64,000 bases of DNA from Octopus sinensis (lineage: Eukaryota): contig NC_042998.1 in NCBI RefSeq assembly GCF_006345805.1, positions 17,732,001 through 17,796,000 on the forward strand. Reading direction: 5' to 3'. Each line of letters opens with the position of its first letter. Position 1 is the stretch's first letter. This document shows, piece by piece, positions 12,251 to 27,261 of the stretch. The notes beneath the pieces were generated by a model. It was not told where the DNA came from, ran no database searches, and saw only the letters and a program-made list of their open reading frames with translations. A program made the translations under genes and the position numbers.

Positions 12251-13524
12251 TTCAATCGTCCTGACGTCCCGCCGACCCCCTCAAAAAACAATTATGACAA
12301 TTTTAAGCTGGAATATCCATGATCATACACATACCTTTTATTATTTGACTTGCATGGGTTAAAATGCGAATTCAACAATACCTGATTTGAAGTTGAATTA
12401 TATACTTAACTGAACACAATTCTTAATTTGAAAGCGGAAGAAGTAATTACTCTCTTCAGACTACGTCTTGGATATGTCAGTATCTGCATCTCAGATATTG
12501 CAGAGATATTAGATCGAAACTATATGTGAAACACTCCAAGATGCGTTGCTTAAATATAGGTGTCAGTGGCTAGATATTTTTTTAGCTTCATAACCTACTT
12601 AACAACTTTAAATTAAAATTAAAATTCTCAATATGAATTGAGAAACACACGTTTCTCTTTTTTGTGTGTTTTTCTTCTTTTTTGAAGGCTCCCTTACTTC
12701 ATTTCCTCACCTATTTTCAGATAGTTTTGTGATGATTACTTCAAGTTCCAGCAATATATTGGAACGTTGAGCTATTCAATATATCTAAAGTTTTACCACC
12801 TTTATTTAAGATTGTATACGCTTGTGTTTGATGTGAATGAACATAACTATGATCAAAGACGTTCCTATCATGACCATCCTATTCAGCTTGAAATCAGATT
12901 TTCCCTAGTTCAACATTGTGCAATATAGCATTAAGTTTTTGGAAAGTATCTACGTTGTTGTCATTTCAAATATATCTGGCAGTGATTTTAGCATTTAATG
13001 TTGTTATTCTCCTGCCAAATTTTGCTCATATTCAAACATTTAATTTAGCAAACCTTAACATTCTGAGGTTTATGATCTTAGGTATGGTTATGTGTTCCTG
13101 CGGTCATTACAATGGCCTTATGTATTGATGATTAGTGAGGTTATTATGGCGATGCTTATGGCTATAATTATTGTCTGAGTATTGATGAATCTGATAACAC
13201 TTGTAGTGATTATCATAGTGGCCTTGGGTCATAGTTCATGCGATAAATATGAGGGATGGTATGAGAAGTTCTTTTATATTGAGCTGATTTTTTTTTATAA
13301 AAAAAAAATCAAATAAGTTGATTAATAATTAAAACGATGATTAATGTAAGTGAACCGTGAATATGCTAGACGCAGAGTTGATTATTCTTGAAATGCAGAG
13401 TTGGAAATTGTTATGATATTCGTTCTATAATGCTACAGTACTTGATTCATGTAGAGTATTGATTCATTTTCCATACTATATACTAGCAATCAGTTGCAAT
13501 CAGATTTTTCCTATATATACATAT

Positions 13525-13578
<54 letters not shown>

Positions 13579-13699
13579 AATACGTACATAGATGTATGTA
13601 TGAATAATAAGCGCACACATATTTTCATATTTACATCCATGTATATATATATATATGAATATGTATATATATATATGTGTTATATATATATATATATAG

Positions 13700-13735
<36 letters not shown>

Positions 13736-13769
13736 GATTATATAATATATATATTATATATATATATAT

Positions 13770-13852
<83 letters not shown>

Positions 13853-13895
13853 TGTACGTATTTATATGCATATATATATATATACATGGATGTAA

Positions 13896-13927
<32 letters not shown>

Positions 13928-14094
13928 ATATATCGTTGTACTAAACTTTGACAATTTTTGATATCTTGGCATCTAAAGCAGCTGGAGATGCGATAGTTTA
14001 ACCCAAAGAACCGGCTATTGCAAGCAAGAATAAATATTGAAAAAAAGCATTTGGTCAAACTCGGACAACATGATAGTTTTACATAATAGCTGCA

Positions 14095-14097
<3 letters not shown>

Positions 14098-14179
<82 letters not shown>
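14098..14179. repeat. (CA)n microsatellite
   Basis: Perfect CA run. Confidence 0.97.
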
Positions 14180-14185
<6 letters not shown>

Positions 14186-14284
14186 TATATATATAGAGAG
14201 AGAGAGGTGAGAGATACATATATATACATAAACCACAAATAATGACACATTAATACATTTCTCTATTTTGCTTTTTTAAAACTT

Positions 14285-14490
14285 TTTACTTGATTTAGTC
14301 ATTAGGCTGCGGTCATTGTGAGGCACCACCTTTGAGAAGGAGTTTTAGTCGAATGACTCGACCCCAGTTCTTGTTTTGTTTTTGGGTATGCTGCGTATTC
14401 TATCGATCTTTTGCGGAACCGCTATTTTATGGGATGTAAACACACTATCATTGTTTCTCAAGCCTTGTTGGGGGACCAACACAGAAACAA
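14285..14490 (-). mobile_element. SINE 3' fragment (ggcgcaggagtggc family), diverged
   Basis: Resembles the reverse complement of the 3' half of the 34981 and 38295 SINEs. Confidence 0.6.
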
Positions 14491-14524
14491 AAACACACCA
14501 CGTATACATACACATACATACACT

Positions 14525-14623
<99 letters not shown>

Positions 14624-14883
14624 TATATACATATATATACATCATTTCATGCGTCTCCAGTACGAATCGCTACTGGTGGTACCCTATCTCTATTGAGAAT
14701 ACTTTGCTGGATCAACTTTGCGGGTGCCGGAAACGGGTATATTTCTTCCCGCGACCACATTTGCGCCAAAACCATCTGAATGTATGTGTGCCACTATGCA
14801 CAAATCGATTCACTCGTCTTATTTTCATACGAATCTCTGATCGCTCGCATGTGTGTATGTGTGTGTGTATGTATGTGTGTGTT

Positions 14884-14940
<57 letters not shown>

Positions 14941-15270
14941 TTGTGTGTGTGTGTAAAACGAGATGATAACGTTTCTCTTGTCACCAGATGCATGCTTCAT
15001 ACTTCCGTGCCAAATTAATATTGATGATGCCATTAATTCAGAAACAATCAGTCTGGCCTGTCTTCAACGATTCCATACATTGGTCGTTGTTCATCAATCA
15101 CAACTTATATAAACTTTTTATATCTCTGGCTGGTGTTCACAAGTCACAACTCGTAATAACTTTTGGCGCGATACATTCCATCCATAAACTTTGAATAACA
15201 ATTTTTTCTCTCTCACAGAACTTACGATTTCTCGCTAAACGCCTTCTTCACAATCTCTCTAGCATTCATA

Positions 15271-15689
15271 TACCTATTTCTTTATTACCCACAAGGGGCT
15301 AAACATAGAGGAGACAAACAAGGACAGACATAGGTATTAAGTCGATTACATCGACCTCAGTGCGTAACTGGTACTTAATTTATCGACCCCGAAAGGATGA
15401 AAGGCAAAGTCGATCTCGGCGGAATTTGAACTCAGAACGCAGCGGCAGACGAAATACCTATTTCTTTATTACCCACAAGGGGCTAAACACAGAGGGGACA
15501 AACAAGGACAGACATAGGTATTAAGTCGATTACATCGACCCCAGTGCGTAACTAGTACTTAATTTATCGACCCCGAAAGGATGAAAGGCAAAGTCGACCT
15601 CGGCGGAATTTGAACTCACAACGTAACGGCAGACGAAATACTGCTAAGCATTTCGACCGAGGTGCTAACGTTTCTGCCAGGTCGCCGCC
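15271..15689 (-). mobile_element. SINE tandem dimer (full copy plus 5'-truncated copy)
   Basis: Units 15271-15454 and 15455-15689 share about 180 bp; CATATACC at 15266-15273 and 15690-15697 is a probable TSD. Confidence 0.88.
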
Positions 15690-16963
15690 CATATACCATT
15701 ATCTCTACATATTTATGTCGTACACACAAGCGCATGTACACATACGGGGATACAGATTATTTGTATCCGTCTTAAAAAATTAATCCCTGAACATTATGTC
15801 TCGTAGCCGTGTTTTATCTGTCATGTTTAAGTGTTTGTATTCCTTACATTGAATTGTTCAACATTCTTTAAGCCTTTGGCCAGTTTATATATAACACTTT
15901 TTCGATCCTTAATTTGCATGTGTGTGTGTGTGTGTGTGTGTCGGTGTCAGTGTCTGTGCGTGTGTATGGTTGTGTGTGTCTAGGTGTGTGTGACTTTGTG
16001 CCTGTTTGTGTAATCTGTACGTTTGACTTTGTGCATATGTGTGCATCCACTGTAACTAATCACATTTTAACCCCACAAAAAAACATCCACATACTTATTC
16101 GCCTAGAATATGTGTCTAATGATTATATGTCTAATGACTATATGTCTAATGACAAATATAGCTGGGACGGTGGCCATTACCTGCGGGGAAATATACAAAC
16201 GGTAAATGCGTTTTCTATTTTAGCCGCACAAAAATATATGTGTATATTTGCCTTACAGAAATCTGTCGTTGCACAATGATGTTTTAACTGTCCTTATCGC
16301 AAGGGAGAGGTATTTGACGTGCCTTCTTATAAACAGTTCTCGGTCATGTGTGTGGAACATAAAGCTATCAAAAACACCCTGCATTACAAATTGTGCGAAA
16401 AGGTGCTGAGAGTTTTACCACGAAATGTATTTAATACGTAAATCAAAATAACTAGAAACGATTAAGGCAAATCTTAACGTTATTGAAATTCAAACATCAC
16501 TGCTTAATTTATCTAATTTAGGTATTTATTGGTAGGAAGCTTCTACACTTAATTAATTAAATATTAGGTGGAAAAATTAAGAATATAATTGAGAAATAAG
16601 TAAAAGGGAAACAATAAATCTCAAATTAACATATAAAGACAATATGCGTTATATTTACCATATGGCAACATTCAAAGTAGTTTAGACATTTCATCGACGA
16701 CTCACTTATTTATACGAATATATGTGTGTGTATATATATATATGAGTGTGTGTGTATGTGTATATATATATAAATATATATACATATATTCATATGTATA
16801 TATATATATGTATATATAGATATATATAGATAGATAGATAGATATACATACATATACATACATATATACATACACATCAGTTCGTGTCATGATGTTATAT
16901 ATAAACTCATGCATGCATAAATGTTTTCTCTGGCTTGTATGTGTGCGTATACATATGTATTTG

Positions 16964-17004
<41 letters not shown>

Positions 17005-17192
17005 AAATGTAAATACCATCGAAGAGACTGCTCCAAAAGCTCGATAAGCAAGAAGTTAGATAGATTGTGAGATAAATAGATATATACATAGATACATACA
17101 TACATAAAGACATACATACAGTTGAATAGCGAGTCAGAAAATGCACATACATACGTATATATGTATACATATGTGTGGCGCATGTATATATA

Positions 17193-17251
<59 letters not shown>

Positions 17252-17258
17252 ATAATAT

Positions 17259-17289
<31 letters not shown>

Positions 17290-17331
17290 GTATGTATGTA
17301 TGTATATATATATATATGTATGTATGTATAT

Positions 17332-17376
<45 letters not shown>

Positions 17377-18379
17377 CATATATATAATGAAGTAACCAAT
17401 CGATTATGTGGAATTAATTGCAAGACAATAATGTGCTGAAGCTTCACGAATGGTTAAACAATCGGTGATTATTATCTTCGCAGTCACTCCCAAGGGAGAG
17501 AAATTTAGTGCGGTGAAACAATCTATCTCACCCACCCTCTCATACTTCTAAAGTTATGTCCCATGAATATTCTAAAAACCACTTGGATAAACGCCAAACT
17601 TCAGAAGGTTTGTAAAAGCAAGTCGATCAATACTGAATAAATAGATGCTGTGTTGCTGCATTTCTTAAAATTTCAAGTTTTTCAAATGCGTATGTCTCTG
17701 TTTCACTGTCTATTAGACTAAGGTTTACTTCTTTTTTATTATTATTATTATGTTCTGGCTTATATTTGTTTTGTTGATTTAATTATTGATGTTCTTTTCT
17801 CATGTTTCTCTGTGTGTCATGTTTATTTTCTCTGTGTAAGGGTACCTATGCGTAAGGTGTATACTTCGTTATTAATGTATGTGTATTTATCTTTATTGAG
17901 AGTCCTATATATCTGGCTTTGCGTGCCTACATAAATACACATGCCCGCGTACGCAAACATATATACATATATACATAATATTAATTGTATAGTATGTATT
18001 ATAAAGTGCACTGCTGGCAACCCATCTATGATATGATAATAAATTTCTCAACTGGTACATAATCATATATTTAATAAACATATAAACATATTAAGTTATC
18101 TCTGCAGTTGTAGTTTTATATCCCCATGTCTGCTTTAATCGAGTGGTGATATAGCACGCATATAGTCTGCCAAATAGGAAACACGTTTTTACGAGCCATC
18201 TCCCTATTTTTTAATTATCCTCCTAGGTAAATGCAATTCTTTGCTTACTTGCAGTAATGACTCTCATGAAATGCACAACACTATTATGGATATATTTCAC
18301 TCTTTTGTCGTGTATATTCCTATAGACCCGTAGATTCTGTTGTTGACCACAATGCAGGCTGACATCTATTTTGGAGTGT

Positions 18380-18593
18380 ACTCTTTTTTACTCTTTTACT
18401 TGTTTCAGTCATTTGACTGCGGCCATGCTGGAGAACCGCCTTTGGTCGAGCAGATCGACCCCGGGACTTATTCTTTGTAAGCCCAGTACTTATTCAATCG
18501 GTCTCTTTTGCCGAACAGCTAAGTGATGGGGACGTAAACACACCAGCATCGGTTGTCAAGCAATGCTAGGGGGACAAACACAGACACACACAC

Positions 18594-18678
<85 letters not shown>

Positions 18679-18833
18679 TACGACAGGCTTTTTTCAGTTT
18701 CCGTCTACCAAATCTACTCACAAGGTGGTCGGCCCGGGGCTATAGCTGAAGACACTTGCCCAAGATGCCACGCAGTGGGACTGAACCCGGAACCATGTGG
18801 TTGGTTAGCAAGCTACTTCCCACACAGCCACTC
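18380..18833 (-). mobile_element. tRNA-derived SINE with internal (TA)n
   Basis: Reverse complement of the 34981/38295 family. Confidence 0.9.
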
Positions 18834-18899
18834 GAATAACTTTTTCGAGCTGAGGATGTTGTATCGAAGTTTTCGTAATTGACTTTGTTACGTGAAAGA

Positions 18900-20400
18900 A
18901 ACGAGATAACAACACGTATGTAAGTTTTTGTAGTATCCTAAGAAGAGTTGTTTGTTTGTACATATGGGGTAGTTTTCTCAGGCACTATAAGCATTCCAGC
19001 TTATTCCAGAAACAAACTACATCATGTAACAGAGGTTTTTAATTTCTGGCAGTTTTACTTCCTGTTGATTTTTTCCGCTGTCGTTTATTCACAAAGTATT
19101 ATGATAGATGGGTGAGTCATTTCTGTCCATAGTTTTTTTTATTATGTTTCGCAATGAAGGTATTAAGGGCGCTGCCTATAAAAAGAGTTATTCTACGATG
19201 GATACATCACTGTTATTGGTTACCAATGATGGCAAAATACATTAGCTCTCATTGCTCTAAATATGTGAGTCTTGTTTCACTCTCTATCCGGTAACTTCTG
19301 CGTGCTATGTGGAGGCGCAATGGCCCAGTGGTTAGGGCAACGGACTCGCGGTCGTAGGATCGTGGTTTCGATTCCCAGACCGGGCGTTGTGAGTGTTTAT
19401 TGAGCGAAAACACCTAAAGCTCCACGATGCTCCGGCAGGGGATGGTGGTGATCCCTGCTGTACTCTTTCACCACAACTTTCTCTCACTCTTACTTCCTGT
19501 TTCTGTTGTGCCAGTATTTCAAAGGGTCGGCCTTGTCACTCTCTGTGTCACGCTGAATATCCCCGAGAACTGCGTTAAGGGTACACGTGTCTGTGGAGTG
19601 CTCAGCCACTTACACGTTAATTTCACGAGAAGGCTGTTCCGTTGATCGGATCAACCGGAACCCTCGTCGTCGTAACCGACGGAGTGCTTCCATGTGGATT
19701 CTGGAGAGAAGTCACAGGTATCTCTTAGTATTTTTTGTCCTCTAAATGCTTCTCTCTGTTCTTACGAATGATGTTCCGTAGTATTTGGTATTTGATAGTA
19801 TTGCTTGTAAGATATAAGGAGGAGGTTCAGATGGCGGTAGTTTCTGTTTATTGTTATAGAGTCTGTAATTGTTATAAGTAATTATAATAGGACGAAGTAT
19901 TTTTGCTGTAGTGTCTGGAGAATGATGGTTGGATGTTATAGTGATGTCTCATGAGCACAAGCTACGTTTTAAGGGGTTTTATACTTGCACTATAAATAGG
20001 CTTCGCTTTCAGGCTTACCGTTTGAAAACCAGTAGTTTGTGTTTGTGGTGATAAATGGTGAGTGGTCCGAGAAAAGCTGGCAGGATTATTTTTCAAGTGT
20101 TTGTAGTAGCTATGTCTGGGAACAGAAGTTGGTGTCTAAAAAAGAGCCGTCGTAGTTGACTTCTCGAGATAAGTGTGTGTGGTTGGCAAGGACGTTTTAA
20201 GATGTAAATGGAGACTAGTTGCAATTATATTTTCAGCAAATCTGTCGTTATCTATACTTTTTATGTTATGCAATTAATATAACTTCCCTTATTGTTTACG
20301 GGTCTGTCTAGTCTAATATAAGTATCATTTTATATGGTGGACATTGAATATTCTATTTTTTTAATTATTCCTACATTAATATCACGAAAGATGATAAAAT
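18900..20400 (-). mobile_element. Heavily decayed Penelope-like relic interrupted by a SINE
   Basis: Hand translation gives fragments such as EVNYDGSFLDT (resembling PLE RT 'FLD') with many stops. Confidence 0.3.
19314..19691 (+). mobile_element. tRNA-derived SINE with 7-bp TSD
   Basis: TGGCCCAGTGG A box, ttcgattccc B box; ATGTGGA at 19307-19313 and 19692-19698. Confidence 0.9.
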
Positions 20401-20599
20401 ATTTTTATTCCGTAAAGGAGTTCTTTTGGGTTTGTTTGTTGTTGTTTTTTGACGCCATTAGCGATCTCTTAAAGAATACTTATATTTTTATGAGACGTTT
20501 ACAGCGTTCATTTTCCTATGTAAAATATTCATTTTAAATGTACTTTGTGTTTGGCTTGGGAGGTGAGTAGACTCTACCGTCTTGCGTTATCTTCGTTGT

Positions 20600-22000
20600 T
20601 ACGTTACTATTTCTGCAAAAACCATATAATTTTTCTTGTTTGTGAACGTGTGTGAGTGTGTGCGTGTGTGTGTGCGTGTGTCTATCTGTCTGAGTGCGTA
20701 TGTGTTATTTGGTGAAGTTTTTTTTGGGGTGTGTTGAAGACTCTTAAAACTCTTGCGTTTGCAAGAGTTAAAAGACGGCTTCGTGCACTGTTGTAGCTTC
20801 TGCCATTATCTGATGGCGATAGAAGGTTCCGAAATTAATATTGATCTGCTCTAAGAATTTATCATCCATCAGGATTTCTATCTATGACCATCAATCTTCA
20901 TTTCTAATGTACTAATTGAGTAACAGATAAATGTGTATATTGAACCATATTGGAAACAGTTAGGCTGTTTGTTCTCATCATCTAAGGAACAAACTGCCTC
21001 TCCTGATGTGATTGTTGTGACATCTCAGTTTACAATCAATGTAGGCGAATTCTCAAGTTCATATTTCCTCAAGACAACCATGAAATTTAAAGGAATTTGT
21101 ACTCCTTACAACTGCGAAATCCTTTCTAGCCAATGCGATTTCTTATGACCCCATATCTGTTAGAGCACCAAATGCAACCAACTTTACACGGAACTGGAAA
21201 GGAGGAATTCTTGTTCAAATTTCTAAAAACGTTTAAATACAACTATTTCTTTATTGATTGTACTAGTTTATTTTCTGCTTCATTTTTGACGGTTTATATT
21301 GAGTCTTCAAATTACATTCCAGTAATTGATTTTCTTTTGACTATCAACATATTTGCATCTTTGTGGTAAAGATGCGCATATTCTTTAAAAATAGTTTTGT
21401 TAAATATTAATCTAGAAATTCTCATGGATATGATGTGAAGGAAGCCATTAATCCTTTTCTTCGAGCGTTTAGAATATATTCTGATGCATTGGATACTCCG
21501 TTAGTTTGTATAAGGATAGATCGATGGATATCCAGGTTTTTATGTGATATCCAGAAAGCTTATGTTTTTGAGGTGGGACTCTGCGGGCATTTTTCTTTTC
21601 GAGGTTTAAAACTTTAAAAGGAGTATATATGAAATATTTTTATATATTTTAGTTATTAAATTAATCTCAGAACGATAAGAAAACCCTTCCCTTGTATATA
21701 AAATCTCTGTAAATAAGCGGAAATTTTGGTTAAGTACTTTTGAAATATATAGGGCATTGTATTCATTAGCTCCCATACTATTGTCAAAGTGTTTAAATTT
21801 TTTCTCTTCTCTCTCTCTCTCTCTCTACTCCGTATTTTGAAAACAGGGATTTGGATTTCTTTTTTGAAAAATACTGCAGATATTTTGATGCTATAGTTTT
21901 AGCATAGTGAATTACGTCTGCCAATCTTTTCTGATGCCCCAATGATAATTATATCTTCTATAAAACTGAAACCATAACATTCATTTTTATTTTATATATC
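20600..22000 (-). mobile_element. Heavily decayed Penelope-like relic
   Basis: NISFLDIT-like RT motif and a weak GIY-YIG-like segment in hand translation; many stops. Confidence 0.3.
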
Positions 22001-22179
22001 TTTAAGCAGTCTATTACAGTAAAAGACGTGTTCCAGTGTGGTAGTGGAAATTGTGGTATAAATTTATAAATGATTGACTCTATAACAGAATTATTTGCAG
22101 TTCCTCCTGTCTATTTTCAACATTATTATCAATCTGGAAGATGGAGATTGCATGAAGTTGGGCTTGGTATCACTTAAAA

Positions 22180-24558
22180 ATATATGCATACTTGATGCGG
22201 CATTATGCATAAGTTAGATATTTCTGTATTTCACATATTCTGGTTCCCCCCTCTTCCAAGCAACGGCGGCTCCTTCAACACCACCCCGATAGAGTTGACT
22301 CTCTCAACTACCCGCTTTCAATTCACCTCTACATTACAAAACTGCCCAGATATTCATAACGGTAATCAATTTTTTGGCATTCAGGTTGGATTTCAACATC
22401 ATCTTCAACCATTTCTGATACGCCTCGCTACCTTGACTTTCATTTTCTGTGTAAAATGTCATCTAGCTCCAAAATCCCTAAATATCTATACCCACTACCG
22501 TCGGGTTCACCCATGGTCTCTCCTGATGGTAACCACAATCCTCCGCAGGCTGTTTTCTTCTCTGTTTTCATATTACTGAGCATTTGGCGATCCCAAATTC
22601 CATACCGATGTCCCTACCACACTTCTGGACTCTTGGTTAAGGAATCTATCTGTTTTTCAGATTTCCCAAACAATTTCAGGTCATCCATAAGCATAAGATG
22701 GTTCAATGATGGGCATTTCTTCCCACATCGGTAATCCATCTTAACTTTCCAAAGCGTCATTGTTATGGGTATTAGTGAAATTACAAAAAGTAACGGATTA
22801 TACGAGTCACCTTGGGTGATTTCCCTTTTAATATTAACCTCTCCAAGGAATACATTACTTGAGTACAATTTGGTTTTCCACTCTTTCATACTATGCATCA
22901 TAAAATTTGTGATGTTGTCAGCAGCACCATGCATCTGCAGGCATTCAATGATCCAAGAATGAGGCATCATATCATATACCTTCATAAAGTCAATCCAAGC
23001 CATATACATATGTGTATGATGTTTTTACTTACAATGCCTCAAAACTGATTTATTCATGACCAGGTGATCCGTCGTACTCTGAGAACTCTTCCTACAGCCT
23101 TTTTGTTTCCTTGGTAGTATTTCTTCTTGTGCCAGGAACATGAATGTCTTTGCCGCACATATTCCAATGAGTATCTTCCAGATTATGTTTAGGCATGCTA
23201 TGGGACGGTAGTTTCCAACAATATTCCTCTCTGTTCTATATTTTATAACAGGTGTTGCCCTGCCAGTCACCATCCATGCGGGGACTGTACCTTTCTGAAC
23301 ACACTCATTCACTTGCGCTGCTATTCTTTCATACACCGCGTGGCATTTCTTCAGCCAAATGTCATGTATCCTATCTGGTCCGGGAGCTTTCTAGTTAGGC
23401 ACTTTATCCATTTGTTCTTTCACATAACTTGTGCTTATGACAATATTCCTTTGTTTCTTTCCTTGTAATTCTGTCTTGAATGTTCTTAACCACATTGCAT
23501 CCCTTTTATGCATCACATTATTTCCTCATAATCCGCTCCAGAAGTCCTTGGCTTGATTTGCATCAGGAGCAATATTTTCTCCATCATCTCCTTCAAACGT
23601 TCGGAAGAATGACTTCGGTTATTTTTTCACAATATTTTCTCCTCTAACTGCTTATTACTGTTCACAAATCTTCTGATCTGATAGTTTTCTCGATGACCCT
23701 CTATTTCAACTGCTCTATTACTGCATCAAACCCGTTCTTCCGCATTATGTTTTTCTCGTTCAGTCTTTTTCCCAGTTTCCTTTAACCATTGCTCAATTTT
23801 GCCTACATCTTACTTTGTCCGCATTATGTCCGTTTCTGTGCGTCATTTCTACCATAGTTTTTTGCTCCACCATTTTTTGATCTCTAAGTTGTGATTTCTT
23901 CTCAGCATGTAGCGCAATAGCTTTGGAGAAGATTCTTTGTTTGTGTTATGTCCTCCGTCCGGATGACAGTATTTATCTTCTGTGTTACTTTATTTATCAT
24001 ACTCCTATCTACCCTTCTCATATTCATGGGGATTTGTTTCTTCTGGAGAATTCATGAAGCCGGTGAGTCGTCTTTGAATGTCACACAATTCATTTCTAGT
24101 TGGCTCATTTCTCCTGCATGTCCACCCACCACAGTATCAGGGTCCACTGTATAGCGTTCCTGTTCCTCATCCTTAAGAGCTCCACCTCCATTCCCCTGTT
24201 GCTCCTATCTACTCTTCTTTCTGCTTTCAATTCTTACCTCTCTGTTTTCAACTCTGACCATCCTTTGTAGCCCATCCGCAGGGTCTCTCAAACTCTCACA
24301 AATCCGAGATATTGCTACTCCAGCTAAGTAACCCTTCCTCCTAATCACTCTCACTTGGTTCGTTAGTTTATTTTCTGACATTGACCACACGTCCTTTTCC
24401 AGCCAAAATTTCAAGGTACGTCGACCTACCCCGCGACTTCTTTCCAGCTTTGTTCTTTTAATGACATTCAATAAGAGTATCGTATTCTTCCTTCGTCCAC
24501 TTATCACTGTTTTTGCGCACGCCGTGTTTATGACCTGTTGTGACATAACGACCGTCCG
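22180..24558 (-). mobile_element. R4/Dong-clade LINE, degenerate, 3' end missing
   Basis: MAWIDFMKVYDMMPHSWI, QGDS, HLMLMDDLKL, NYRPIACLN, QKGCRK..TDHL; the 5' end abuts an (AAT)n tract. Confidence 0.88.
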
Positions 24559-24635
24559 ATTATTATTATTATCATTATTATTATTATTGTTGTTGTTGTT
24601 GTTGTTATCATTATTATTATCATTATTATTATCAA

Positions 24636-24861
24636 GGCGGCAAGGAAGCAGAGTGGTTAATATTCCAGGAACAATGCCTAGCAGCATTTCGTCCGTCTTT
24701 ACGTCCTGCGTTCAAATTCCGTCGAGGTCGACTTTGCCTTTCATACTTTCGGGGTCAATAGATTAAGTACCAGTTCAGTGCTGGGGTCGATGTGATCGAG
24801 TGCCCCTTTCCCACATAATCCAAGCCTTGCGCATTTAGTAGAAAGGATTGATATTATTATT
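24636..24861 (+). mobile_element. tRNA-derived SINE with ATT tail
   Basis: Homologous to the 5972 family; sits in (ATT)n. Confidence 0.8.
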
Positions 24862-24863
24862 AG

Positions 24864-25087
24864 GGCGGCGAACTGGGAGAATCGTTAACACGCCGGACAA
24901 AATGCTTAACGGCATTTCGTCCGTCTCTGTGTTCTGAGTTCACATTCCGTAAAGGTTGATTTATGCCTTTCATCCTTTTGAGATCGAAAAATTAAGTACC
25001 AGGGAAACACTAGGCTCGAAATAATCAACTAGTCCACTCCCACCCAAAAATTCAGGCCATGTTTCTTTAGTAGAGTGGATTATTATT
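24864..25087 (+). mobile_element. Second tandem SINE with ATT tail
   Basis: ggcggcgaactggg head directly after the previous SINE tail. Confidence 0.8.
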
Positions 25088-25725
25088 GTTGCTGTTATCG
25101 CAAACAATACGTATGTTCTTTTATTTGTGGATTTCTTTTTAACTTCTATGTTCTTTGAAATACAAAAATCCCTTCATTACTACAAACACGCGCCTCATCG
25201 CATTTGTTCTATTGAGAAAACTTTCGATTCAATAAACGTTACATTTCACATTTCAATCTAGACTCATTAATGAAATTCAATTAATATTTGTTTCCTATTA
25301 AATAACTGTTTCATTAACTATTAATTTCCACTCAAGTCCACATTTATTACTTCTAGTTTTCATTTGCTTACATTTTCCATTAACGATTATTTATAATTAT
25401 TGCTCACTCTTTAAAATTCTTGATAGCGAATATTTATCACAGTTTTTATGTACGAATTAAAATATTAATATAACAGCGGTGCATAGGCACATAAGACTGT
25501 TTATTTAAATTAATAGCTTAGTTATATCAGAAACACGCCTACCGAAATACGAAGCCACGTAAGTAAGTTCTATATTTAGTAATGTTTAAGAGCTCGATGA
25601 AATTTCGGATCTTCTACGATTCACACCTGAATAAAAAACGTTGTTCTGAGGTAATAGTTTTATTCACATATATGCATAGATACATACACATATATATGCA
25701 TGCATACATACGTACTTATAGATAT

Positions 25726-25930
25726 ATCGGTTTCTAATTCTGACACAAGGTCGGCAAGTTCGACAGAGAGCGTAGGCCGACTACATCGACCCTGGGGTTC
25801 AACAGGTACTTATTTTACCGCTCTGAAAGGATGAAAAGCAAAGAGGTAATTCCTCGACAGAATTTGAACTCAGGATGGAAGAACGCACGAAATGCTACTA
25901 AGCATATTGTCCGGCGTTGTCAGTTCGCCG
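25726..25930 (-). mobile_element. SINE, diverged
   Basis: gaatttgaactc and ttcgcc head on the reverse strand. Confidence 0.7.
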
Positions 25931-26069
25931 TGTAACATATATGTACGTATGCTTGTACGTACGTAAATACGTATGTATGTATGCATGTATGTATGCATGT
26001 ATGTATGCATATATGTATGTATGTATAGATAGATAGATAGACAGATAGAACTTTAATATTTTCTTTTTG

Positions 26070-26290
26070 TTGTTTCAGTCAATTGACTACGGTCATGCTG
26101 AAGCATCGCCTTGAGGAATTTTAGTCCAATGAATCTTTACCCCAGGACTTATTTTGTTTCTTTAAGCATAGAAATTGACCTGTTGGTATATTTGGCCGAA
26201 CGGCTATGTTACGGAGATATAAACACAATAACAGCGGTTGGTAAGCAGTGATGGAGAACAAACACAGACATACAAAAATGGATATACATA
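26070..26290 (-). mobile_element. SINE 3' half, diverged
   Basis: tttcagtcaattgactacggtcatgctg matches the reverse complement of the 34981 family tail. Confidence 0.7.
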
Positions 26291-26291
26291 T

Positions 26292-26326
<35 letters not shown>

Positions 26327-26678
26327 GTATACATAATTAGGATAAAGTCGTCATCTAATGATTTATCAGTGGCCAGCGTACTAACATGACCATAATGGTT
26401 AATTCATATTTAAGTATAATTATAAAATATAATTATAATAAGGGCGTTTTTAGTATCGCAAACCATGGAATCTTAAGCTAGAGTGTTGTCCACAATATTT
26501 TATAAATCCTTTTTGTCCATTTTCCTCGCATACAACCTTGAGGTAATGGAGTAGTAACTTAAGTTGTTTGTAGACCATTTGGGGTTTATTTCTAGTTACA
26601 TGCATTTGTCTTTTTCTGCGTCCTTATTATATTTTTTAATAATTATACGTATATGTGTGTGTGTGTGTGTGTTTGTGC

Positions 26679-26739
<61 letters not shown>

Positions 26740-27210
26740 CAACAATTGAGGGCAAAATTAATTAATTATTAATCAATTTCACCAAGTGTTCATATGCAAA
26801 GGGACCATTCAAGGCGAATTCAAATATTACATTATATAAAAGGGCTGGTGGAAAGGGGAGAACAGAGATTCTTCGCTTGCTTATTTGAATTTGTTGGCAC
26901 TGTTAGTTGGAAGCAGATCTTCGAAAGGGTATGTTCTTATTTTCAGTGTTTCCAATCCAAACCAGGAATTTCTGAGCCGATGATAGAAATGTTGTTTTGA
27001 CTAATCTTGAACGTACGTTCTCGAATAACCTTAGCATTTGATTTTTCGATGTCCTTACCCCCAAACTTTTGTGAGTTGAATAAGCAAACACTTATAATGA
27101 TAGAGATTTTCTTTTAAGTATTAGAAATAGTTTTTAAAAAATTTTTTAGCTGCTATTTCTATGATTTCAGTATCGGCAAAGTAATTTATTTTACTAATCC
27201 CTTTTATATA

Positions 27211-27249
<39 letters not shown>

Positions 27250-27261
<12 letters not shown>

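Noticed and set aside
16110-16165. 15-bp x3 tandem (tatatgtctaatgac), and a 28-bp tandem at about 46397-46452, as CRISPR-like arrays
   Set aside because: No spacers, eukaryotic context; simple local duplications
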